This document shows positions 56,200 to 64,000 of a stretch of DNA of 64,000 bases, piece by piece. The DNA is from an uncultured Dysgonomonadaceae bacterium (lineage in GTDB: Bacteria; Bacteroidota; Bacteroidia; Bacteroidales; Dysgonomonadaceae). The stretch lies in contig CAZXGV010000001.1 of assembly GCA_964640575.1 (NCBI GenBank), positions 6,815 to 70,814 on the forward strand, given 5' to 3'. Numbering within the stretch: the first letter of the stretch is position 1; every line of letters begins with the position of its first letter. Both the position numbers and the translations under genes were made by a program. The notes under the pieces were generated by a model. That model was not told where the DNA came from. It searched no databases and was given only the letters and a program-made list of their open reading frames with translations.

Positions 56200-58101
56200 T
56201 TATTCATTTGTATTCAGACCTTCGTAGTTGCGCTTGATAAAATCATTGAGAGATTCACCTTTTAGCATGCCATTTGCAAGCAATGCTAAATCAATTAATT
56301 GATGTAGTGTTTTATTCTCATTAGCATATTGTTGAAGGTCTTCTTCTCCTTTTGATTCCGCTTCACTAATCATTTCTGCTATAATTGGATGATCAATGTT
56401 GAGTGCTACTTGATAAGTGTCGGGCATCTCTCCATAAAAAGCCATACCTGGCTGCATTTGCGACATCTCTTTCATTCGTCTCGAAAACTCATTTTGTGTA
56501 ATCTGAATGGGTCTTGAGTTTTTACCAAGAGATTTATAGTCAATTGTAAATTCAGTCTTTTCTATTTTCGGTAGTTGCGATTTAACTACTTCTTCTATGT
56601 TCTCTTTTTGCTTGTCGGTTAAATCTACTTTGGCAGACTCTTCTTTTACAATTATATTTTCCGCTGTTTCACTATCTACTCTAATAAAACGGCTTTTCTC
56701 CATTTTTTGCTCTAATAGACCTACCCAATGTGTGTCAAGCTGTCCGTCCATTAGCAAAACGTCATATCCTTTTTCTTTTGCACCATCTATAAAGGTAAAC
56801 TGGTCCTCTTTGTCGTTTGTATACAAGTAGGTCACATTGCCATCTTTGTCTGTTTGGTTTTCTTCGATAAGAGTTTTGTACTCATCCAGTGTGAAATATT
56901 TACCCTCAATATTCTTCACTAAAGTAAACTTCTGTGCTCTATCGTAAAACTTTTCATCCGAAAGCATTCCGTATTCCACAAATAGTTTCAAACTATCCCA
57001 TTTCTCTTCAAGCTGACTACGATCTTTCCTGAAAATTTCCTCCAATCTGTCAGCCACTTTCTTGCTGATGTGGTTGGATATCTTCTTTACATTATGATCG
57101 CTTTGTAAATATGATCTAGAAACGTTGAGTGGAATGTCGGGTGAGTCAATTACTCCATGTAGCAATGTCAAAAACTCTGGCACTATTCCCTCCACAGAGT
57201 CTGTCACGAAAACCTGATTGCTATAGAGTTGAATTTTGTTTCGCTGTAAATCAATATTGCTTTTTATGCGAGGGAAGTATAGAATACCTGTCAAATTGAA
57301 TGGATAATCAACATTGAGATGAATCCAGAAAAGTGGTTCTTCACTCATTGGATATAACTCTCTGTAGAAGTTGAGGTAGTCTTCTTCTTTCAAATCACTT
57401 GGCATGTGAGTCCACGCTGGGGTAGTATTGTTTATTACATTGTCCTCGTCTGTTTCTACACTTTTACCGTCTTTCCACTCTTGTTTTTTACCAAAAACAA
57501 TCGGTATAGGTAGAAATTTACAATACTTATTTAATAGAGTAGTGATTTTGTCTTTTTGCAAAAACTCTTTGTTCTCGTCGTCAATGTGAAGCACAATGTC
57601 AGTACCGCGTGTTTTCTTTTCTATTTTTTCAATAGTGTATTCAGGAGAACCATCACACGACCATTTTACTGCTTCTGCATCCTCTTTATACGATAGAGTT
57701 TTAATTTCTACCCTCTTAGCTACCATAAAGGCTGAATAAAAGCCAAGTCCAAAGTGCCCGATGATTGCATTGGAGTTGTCTTTGTACTTATCCAGAAAGT
57801 CGTTTGCCGACGAAAGCGCAATTTCATTAATGTACTTGTCGATTTCCTCGGCTGTCATGCCGATACCACTATCTGAAACTGTAAGTGTGTCAGCTTTTTC
57901 ATCAATAGATATGCGAATTGAAAGATCGCCAAGCTCACCTTTGTACTCTCCAACGGAAGAGATAGTTTTCAGTTTTTGTGTTGCATCTACCGCATTTGAT
58001 ACAAGTTCACGCAAAAATATTTCGTGATCGCTGTAAAGAAACTTTTTAATAATGGGGAATATGTTATCTGTTGTAACCCCTATTTTACCTTTTTGTGTCA
58101 T
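56200..58101 (-). CDS. htpG: molecular chaperone HtpG (Hsp90)
   Basis: The start is at MTQKGKIGV (58101). Motifs include IFLRELVSNAVDA, SDSGIGM, GHFGLGFYSAFMVA and IDSPDIPLNVSR. Confidence 0.92.
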   Translation of the reverse strand: MTQKGKIGVTTDNIFPIIKKFLYSDHEIFLRELVSNAVDATQKLKTISSVGEYKGELGDLSIRISIDEKADTLTVSDSGIGMTAEEIDKYINEIALSSANDFLDKYKDNSNAIIGHFGLGFYSAFMVAKRVEIKTLSYKEDAEAVKWSCDGSPEYTIEKIEKKTRGTDIVLHIDDENKEFLQKDKITTLLNKYCKFLPIPIVFGKKQEWKDGKSVETDEDNVINNTTPAWTHMPSDLKEEDYLNFYRELYPMSEEPLFWIHLNVDYPFNLTGILYFPRIKSNIDLQRNKIQLYSNQVFVTDSVEGIVPEFLTLLHGVIDSPDIPLNVSRSYLQSDHNVKKISNHISKKVADRLEEIFRKDRSQLEEKWDSLKLFVEYGMLSDEKFYDRAQKFTLVKNIEGKYFTLDEYKTLIEENQTDKDGNVTYLYTNDKEDQFTFIDGAKEKGYDVLLMDGQLDTHWVGLLEQKMEKSRFIRVDSETAENIIVKEESAKVDLTDKQKENIEEVVKSQLPKIEKTEFTIDYKSLGKNSRPIQITQNEFSRRMKEMSQMQPGMAFYGEMPDTYQVALNIDHPIIAEMISEAESKGEEDLQQYANENKTLHQLIDLALLANGMLKGESLNDFIKRNYEGLNTNE

Positions 58102-58534
58102 GTCTTTTAATTTATATAATGTTGTTTGATAAATACCATGCAAAAAAGGTGCCAATCTACTCGCGTTGTTAAAATAGAATCCATTAAAGACTAAATCACA
58201 ACTATATTAACAACTTTAGAAACGTAGATTTAGAAAGCCTGTTTGTATATATTATATCAATTAAGTCCTTATTATTATGCAGTTATATGTTTCTGTTTAT
58301 CTGTGCATAGATACTATCAATGAGTAGTTTTACCACTAAAACAGTGCGCAAATACATTTATATTAACTGACAGTCAACGAATTAAATGTTTAACATATTT
58401 ATATAACACCTTTTAACTAAACAAATTTGCTTTTCTGTATAACTGTCTCTCATGTTTTAATTATCTTTGTTAGCAACAAGTGGAAAAAGAAATGGAATTA
58501 TTCATTTGTTTGTTTATTTAAAAAGAACACAATT

Positions 58535-59053
58535 ATGAAAAAAAACAATTTATTTGAAACTAATCTTCTCGGATTACAAGACAACATGCTAAATTTTGCG
58601 CTGTCACTTACCGCAGACAGAGAAGCTGCCAAAGATTTGTTACAGGAGACAACTCTAAGAGTTTTGGACAATAAAGAAAAATATTACGAAAATGTAAACT
58701 TTAAGGGTTGGGTGTTTACTATAATGCATAATATATTTGTAAACAACTATCGCAAAATTGTGAGAAGTCAAACTATTATTGATAGGACAGAGAATCTGTA
58801 TCATCTAAATCTACCTCAAGATTCGGGTTTCGACACCCCAGATGGTGCATATACTATTAAAGAAATAAATAAGGCTATCAATAGTTTTACTGATGAGTAC
58901 AAAGTGCCATTTTCAATGCACGTTTCTGGATACAAGTACGAGGAAATAGCTCAACATTTAGGGTTGCCAATTGGAACTGTAAAGAGTAGAATATTTTTTG
59001 CGAGAAAAAGACTACAAAAAATGTTGAAAGATTTTAGACATTATGCCGAATAA
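58535..59053 (+). CDS. ECF-type RNA polymerase sigma-70 factor
   Basis: 172 aa from MKKNNLFETN. Region 2 is DLLQETTLRVL..FKGWVFTIMHNIFVNNYRK and region 4 is YEEIAQHLGLPIGTVKSRIFFARKRL. No adjacent anti-sigma gene is seen. Confidence 0.85.
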   Translation: MKKNNLFETNLLGLQDNMLNFALSLTADREAAKDLLQETTLRVLDNKEKYYENVNFKGWVFTIMHNIFVNNYRKIVRSQTIIDRTENLYHLNLPQDSGFDTPDGAYTIKEINKAINSFTDEYKVPFSMHVSGYKYEEIAQHLGLPIGTVKSRIFFARKRLQKMLKDFRHYAE

Positions 59054-59087
59054 TATTTTTTTGTATTTAAATATATAATCAAAAAAA

Positions 59088-59117
59088 GGAGCTTCACAGT
59101 GAAGTTCCTTTTTTTTT
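59088..59117 (+). terminator. terminator after the sigma-factor gene (A-run/T-run flanked, potentially bidirectional)
   Basis: A7, GGAGCTTCA, cag, TGAAGTTCC (one G-U pair), then T9. Confidence 0.7.
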
Positions 59118-59335
59118 GTTTAATCTTTGCAATACTCTGCTTCACTTTGAATTATTATCAATGCTTGAGTTAGTATTTAATAATATGGACTATCACAACT
59201 TTCGAATTCCACTTTTAGCCCTCCTTGTTTATACCTCTACATTTCAATCTTCTTGATTTGGTTGTTGTTGTCATCAGCCAGAAGTGTATCTACAAGAGTA
59301 GATTTTAAAAATTTGAAATAGCAATCAAATTCAGC

Positions 59336-61816
59336 TTATTTGTTTTCTGTCTTTTCTTTTGGGATAGAAAACTTTCTTGGTCTTTTCACTTTTTGCTTCA
59401 ATAGGGCTATTTCCAGCACATCTCTAATATCTTTTACATAATGAAATTTCAATCCCTTTAAATAGGAATCTTTTATTTCATTGATATTTTTCTTGTTCTC
59501 TTCTGAAAGTATGATCTCTTTGATACCAGCACGTTTCGCTGCAAGTATTTTTTCTCGTATACCTCCCACTGGTAGCACTTTGCCTCTTAGCGTAATTTCG
59601 CCTGTCATGGCTAAATTGCTTTTCACTTTTCGTTGTGTTAATGCTGATGCCATTGAGGTAATCATTGTTATTCCAGCAGATGGACCATCTTTGGGTATAG
59701 CTCCTTCAGGCACATGAACATGAATGTTCCAATGTTGGAAAACTTCTGGATTGATTTCCAATTCGTCTGCATGCGACTGCAAATACTCTTTTGCTAGCAT
59801 GGCAGATTCTTTCATCACATCGCCCAAATTTCCTGTCAATGTAAGTTTTCCACCTTTACCTTGGCTCAATGAGGTCTCTACAATTAATATTTCGCCTCCT
59901 ACAGAAGTCCAAGCCAATCCTGTAACTACGCCAGCGTATTCATTGCCTTGGTATTTGTCTTTGCTATATTCTTCTACACCTAAATATTCGTGTAGGTCTT
60001 TTATACGCAAAGATTTTGGATATTCCTCTTTCTCAGCAATTTTTCGAGCAACTTTGCGCAATATTTTTGCAATTTGCTTGTTCAACTCACGTACACCAGA
60101 CTCCCTTGTGTAGTTCTCAATTATTTTTCCTAAAGTCGCTTTTGGTATCGAAAAATCTGTTTGCTTAATGCCATGGTTTTTCAATTCTTTTGGAACCAAG
60201 TGTCTACTTGCAATTTCAACTTTTTCCTCTAATATATAACCACCTACATCTATTAATTCCATTCTGTCAAGTAGTGGTTGAGAGATAGTGTTTAGGTTGT
60301 TGCCAGTAGCAATAAATAGAACCTTCGATAAGTCGTAGCTGATTGATAGGTAGTTGTCGAGAAAAGAGTCGTTTTGCTCTGGGTCTAACACTTCAAGCAA
60401 TGCTGAAGATGGGTCTCCCTTGAAATCTCTGCCAATCTTGTCTATTTCATCTAATACAAAAACAGGATTTGATGACCCTGATTTTTGAATGTTTTGAATA
60501 ATTTTTCCTGGCATCGCTCCTATATAGGTGCGGCGGTGTCCCCGTATTTCAGATTCATCGTGCAATCCTCCCAGCGAAACCCTGATGTATTTCCTATTCA
60601 AAGCCTCAGCAATGGATTTTCCTAACGATGTTTTCCCAACTCCTGGAGGTCCGTGTAAGCAGATGATAGGTGCTTTTAAATCTCCTTTAAGTTTCAACAC
60701 TGCCAAATGTTCTATGATGCGTTCTTTTACTTTTTCCATGCCAAAGTGATCGCGATCTAATACTTTTTGAGCATTTTTCAAGTTGAAATTATCTTCTGTA
60801 AACTCGTTCCATGGAAGCTCTATTAAAGTTTGTAGGTAACCAAACTGAACAGAATAATCAGGTGATTGAGGATTTAATCGCTCAAGTTTGCTAATCTCTT
60901 TTTCAAATGTTTTAGCTACATCCTTACTCCATTTTTTGTCTTTAGCTTTCTCTTTAAACTCATCAATTTCTATTTGCTGTGCATTGCCACCACCAAGTTC
61001 TTCTTGGATGGTCCGAATCTGTTGTTGCAGGTAATACTCTTTTTGTTGCTGATTGAGATCTTCGCGCGTTTTCATCTGAATATTCATCTTCAGTTCCAAA
61101 ACCTGTGTCTCTCTACTCATAATAGTCAACAGCTCCATAGCTCTTTGCTTCTCTTCGTCAATGTTTAGCAAGTCTTGTTTTTCTTTGCTGTCAATTGGCA
61201 GGTTGGTGGCACTATAGCTCACCAACATTTCAGAAAATGAATCACTGTTGAGTGTGTTTAAAAGTTCTTTAGGGGGCTCGCCCAGCATGTTGAGCATTTG
61301 AACCATGCTTTCGCGTATCGAGCCTAAAATGGCTTCATACTCTTTGTCATTTTTCTTGGGCGGTATACTCTTTTTTATTTGAAACTTGCCTTTGAAAAAA
61401 GGCTCTGTTTGAGTCATTTCAGACCATTCAAACCTTTGTTTAGCTTGTACGATGAGGCTAAAGTTGTTTTCGGAAAGTTCAATAACTCTCAATACTTCGG
61501 CAATAACTCCCACTTTGTATAAATCGTCTGCTGTTGGATTATCATTGCTCGTCTCTTTTTGACACACCATACCAATGTACTTTGTCTTTTTATCAATAGA
61601 TTTTATCAACCTGATTGATTTCTCCCTGCCTACAGATATGGGCAAACTTGAGCCAGGGAAGACCACTGTGTTTCTTAAAGGTAGTATTGGTAATTCGTCG
61701 GGGAGCAAATCTAAATCAAGATCTAGATTTCCTTCCATAAAATCTCCCGCAATAAATGATATCACGTTCGGATCGTTTTCTTCTAAAGCAAGTTTATGTA
61801 TTTTTTTTTGAAGCAT
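59336..61816 (-). CDS. lon: ATP-dependent Lon protease
   Basis: 826 aa with an N-terminal LON domain, Walker [10 protein letters not shown] and the protease Ser motif [11 protein letters not shown]. Confidence 0.93.
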   Translation of the reverse strand: MLQKKIHKLALEENDPNVISFIAGDFMEGNLDLDLDLLPDELPILPLRNTVVFPGSSLPISVGREKSIRLIKSIDKKTKYIGMVCQKETSNDNPTADDLYKVGVIAEVLRVIELSENNFSLIVQAKQRFEWSEMTQTEPFFKGKFQIKKSIPPKKNDKEYEAILGSIRESMVQMLNMLGEPPKELLNTLNSDSFSEMLVSYSATNLPIDSKEKQDLLNIDEEKQRAMELLTIMSRETQVLELKMNIQMKTREDLNQQQKEYYLQQQIRTIQEELGGGNAQQIEIDEFKEKAKDKKWSKDVAKTFEKEISKLERLNPQSPDYSVQFGYLQTLIELPWNEFTEDNFNLKNAQKVLDRDHFGMEKVKERIIEHLAVLKLKGDLKAPIICLHGPPGVGKTSLGKSIAEALNRKYIRVSLGGLHDESEIRGHRRTYIGAMPGKIIQNIQKSGSSNPVFVLDEIDKIGRDFKGDPSSALLEVLDPEQNDSFLDNYLSISYDLSKVLFIATGNNLNTISQPLLDRMELIDVGGYILEEKVEIASRHLVPKELKNHGIKQTDFSIPKATLGKIIENYTRESGVRELNKQIAKILRKVARKIAEKEEYPKSLRIKDLHEYLGVEEYSKDKYQGNEYAGVVTGLAWTSVGGEILIVETSLSQGKGGKLTLTGNLGDVMKESAMLAKEYLQSHADELEINPEVFQHWNIHVHVPEGAIPKDGPSAGITMITSMASALTQRKVKSNLAMTGEITLRGKVLPVGGIREKILAAKRAGIKEIILSEENKKNINEIKDSYLKGLKFHYVKDIRDVLEIALLKQKVKRPRKFSIPKEKTENK

Positions 61817-62009
61817 ATTGTTTTGTTCAATCGTATATTTCTGATTTTATCCTCTTTTCATTTTAATAAAGTAAGAGGTTACTTTGTTAACGGAATATTC
61901 GCTATGTTTGTTTTAAAGTTTATTTATCGAGTTAATTATTTTGGAATTGTGCGAACAACCATATTAACTCTCCAAATTCCGTGCCAAACTACATATTAAT
62001 TTCCGTATT

Positions 62010-62723
62010 ATGTCAAATACCTTCTTTAAATTCAAGAATTTCACCATATATCAAGATCAATGCGCTATGAAAGTTGGTACAGATGGAGTCTTGTTAGGAG
62101 CGTGGACAAAAGTGGATGGGTGTGTAGATATCCTAGACATTGGAACTGGAACTGGACTCATTGCTCTGATGGTAGCACAACGAAACCAAAAAGCTACAAT
62201 TGATGCCATCGACATTGATGAGCAATGTGTGGTGCAAGCGCAGCAAAATATAGCTAAATCAGCTTTTGCTAATCGTGTGTATGTTCAGAACAGTTCTTTT
62301 CAAGAGTTTTTGAAAAATAAAATCAAAAAGTATGACTTGATTGTGTCTAATCCTCCCTTTTTCCACAATTCATTAAAGTCGCCCAGTCAATCACGCAATC
62401 ATGCTCGCCACACTGATTCTCTTTCTTTTTTTGATGTAATATCATTGGGGGTGAAACTTCTAGGAGAGGGTGGGCGAATAGCTTTGATTTTACCTCATGA
62501 GTTGAAGCAGACTGTAATCGAACACGCTGGCACAGTAAATCTTTTTGCCAACCGTATAACCAATGTGTTTCCATTGCCCCACAAACCAGCAAAGCGTTTG
62601 TTGATAGAGTTTGGGAAAACTCAAATTGAAAGGATCGAAAATAATCTAATCATAGAGCAAAATCGTCACCAATACACCGATGAGTTTAATGCTCTGACAA
62701 ATGAGTTTTATCTCGATCGATAA
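62010..62723 (+). CDS. tRNA1(Val) (adenine37-N6)-methyltransferase (YfiC/TrmN6-like)
   Basis: 237 aa with FKFKNFTIYQDQCAMKVGTDGVLLGAW, the SAM motif ILDIGTGTGLIALM and the catalytic SNPPFF. Confidence 0.8.
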   Translation: MSNTFFKFKNFTIYQDQCAMKVGTDGVLLGAWTKVDGCVDILDIGTGTGLIALMVAQRNQKATIDAIDIDEQCVVQAQQNIAKSAFANRVYVQNSSFQEFLKNKIKKYDLIVSNPPFFHNSLKSPSQSRNHARHTDSLSFFDVISLGVKLLGEGGRIALILPHELKQTVIEHAGTVNLFANRITNVFPLPHKPAKRLLIEFGKTQIERIENNLIIEQNRHQYTDEFNALTNEFYLDR

Positions 62724-62966
62724 GCAAGATCTGCACTATCGCTCAATCTATTGAAAACTTATTATTATCATACTCACTATTTCTATTTGTAGTGTAGATA
62801 AAATCGGAAAGCATACAGATAAAAGTGTGACAAGATGACACTATCCCCCTTTTTTACATTTGTCGCCGAAAGAGATTGCTTAAACCAGAGATTGAGAAAT
62901 AGGTAGCTTTTCGAGCTTTAACTCTCTTTTATTTGCCAATCTTTTTCAAGTGTGATTGAATTTATG

Positions 62967-62974
62967 TAAGTTTG
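62967..62974 (+). promoter_or_regulatory. candidate -7 promoter box upstream of the permease gene
   Basis: TAAGTTTG matches TAnnTTTG. Confidence 0.3.
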
Positions 62975-63051
62975 TTTTTATTGTTTTCGAGCCACTGCAT
63001 TTATGAAAATGTATGTGAGCGTAAAAGTGTTTTATAACAACATAAAAGAAC

Positions 63052-64000
63052 ATTACTATCAACTACAAATTAAACGATAAACCTGCCCTCCTTCCTTTTG
63101 CACTCTATGGTTTGCAATGGTTGGCAATTTCTGTGCCAACTATTTTGATTTTAGGTCGTGTACTTGGTGAAATTCATTTTGATGATGCACCTTCTCAAAT
63201 ATTTTACATGCAGAAGCTTTTTGTATTGGCAGGAATTTTTTTAATTGTTCAGATTGTTTGGGGACATAAATTGCCGCTAATTATTGGTCCCGCCTCAGTG
63301 TTGCTCATTGGCATCGTCTCTTCGCTTAGCTTCTCATATTCTATTATTTACACTTCCGTTGCTGTTGGCGGACTCTTTTTGCTCCTCTTGTCGGTGAGTG
63401 GTTTGTTGACTAAGATTAGCTTTTTGTTTACTCCGCGCATCATTGTTGTTATATTGTTACTTATTGGATTCACTTTAGCTCCCGTAATATTGAACCTATT
63501 GTTCGAAAATTCAGCAGGATTTGAGAGTTTCCATTTGTGGTTTGCTATTGCATTGGTGTTAGTCATGCTTATCATGAATAAATGGTTTGTAGGAGTTTGG
63601 AAGTCAATTGTAGTGTTGCTTGGCTTAGTTTTAGGCACACTTGTTTCTCTTCAGTTTGGCAAACCCATGGAGCCATTCATGGCAACAACGTTATCAGACA
63701 TATTATCATCCAATAGCACTTCATTTTTCATCTTCCCGCTTCAGTTTGACTTTGGGGTATTCATAGCATTTATGTTTTGCTATTTGGCGCTGCTTATCAA
63801 TGAATTAGGTTCGATACAGTCGATGGGAGGGTTTTTAGATGTTAAGGATATGGACCATCGCACCCAGCGCGGAGTGGCAGTTACCGGAGTTTCGAATATT
63901 TTTGCGGGTATAAGTGGTGTTATCGGGCTGGTTGACTTCTCTTTTAGCCCTGGCATTGTATCGGCTACCAAATGTGCTTCGCGTTTTGTGTTGATTCCTG
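63052..64000 (+). CDS. nucleobase:cation symporter-2 (xanthine/uracil/vitamin C permease) family transporter, 5' portion; start codon uncertain
   Basis: Absent from the ORF track because it runs off the window. Manual translation of the frame containing 63076 gives ..INYKLNDKPALLPFALYGLQWLAISVPTILILG...PLIIGPASVLL...LINELGSIQS...GISGVIGLVDFSFSPGIVSATKCASRFVLIP. The frame is closed by TAA at 63043-63045 and has no ATG, GTG or TTG before TM1. The listed start is the ATT at 63052. Confidence 0.7.
   Translation, partial: MTINYKLNDKPALLPFALYGLQWLAISVPTILILGRVLGEIHFDDAPSQIFYMQKLFVLAGIFLIVQIVWGHKLPLIIGPASVLLIGIVSSLSFSYSIIYTSVAVGGLFLLLLSVSGLLTKISFLFTPRIIVVILLLIGFTLAPVILNLLFENSAGFESFHLWFAIALVLVMLIMNKWFVGVWKSIVVLLGLVLGTLVSLQFGKPMEPFMATTLSDILSSNSTSFFIFPLQFDFGVFIAFMFCYLALLINELGSIQSMGGFLDVKDMDHRTQRGVAVTGVSNIFAGISGVIGLVDFSFSPGIVSATKCASRFVLIP

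Noticed and set aside
62724-63050. A purine or other riboswitch upstream of the nucleobase permease
   Set aside because: I could not find the conserved purine-riboswitch junction and loop sequences, or any other riboswitch core I recognise. Only a candidate -7 box and a weak hairpin are present.

Overview
The window looks like a chromosomal segment from a low-GC Bacteroidota (Bacteroidales-like) anaerobe. The hallmarks are TAnnTTTG -7 promoter boxes, many lipoprotein or Sec signals, an EF-G2-type paralogue, KorAB and a Na+-pumping decarboxylase. About 55 protein genes are supported and no tRNA, rRNA or CRISPR was found. No database search was run, so all family names come from motifs I recognise in the translations.

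Most of the window is housekeeping:
- purH (partial), a ROK glucokinase and aspA.
- A leader-peptide-attenuated his operon, hisG-D-C-B-A-F-IE, which lacks hisH.
- gmk and yicC, a two-component pair, proline dehydrogenase and korAB.
- murA, murB and an EF-G paralogue.
- A Ca-type P-type ATPase, oadGAB, pnp, greA, coaA, htpG, an ECF sigma factor, lon, trmN6 and a partial NCS2 permease.

Three patches look accessory or unexplained:
1. 15.9-22.3 kb. A lipoprotein gene and 1.2 kb of repeat-bearing non-coding DNA precede a tight eight-gene operon. The operon encodes a DUF134/UPF0251 regulator with an 11-Cys tail, three NifX-like proteins, two DUF5320 Gly/Arg mini-proteins and two MinD/NifH-class ATPases with ferredoxin inserts. 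It is a coherent metallocluster-type module with no assigned function and is my best candidate for the undescribed system.
2. 36.8-40.4 kb. An orphan helical protein has an upstream region carrying seven to eight exactly 42-bp-phased copies of an 18-bp palindrome. Two unrelated acid phosphatases follow.
3. 49.4-50.4 kb. A gene-free gap between convergent genes holds a perfect 30-bp inverted repeat pair 255 bp apart (candidate inverton or MITE). Related sequence occurs at 17.3-17.5 kb.
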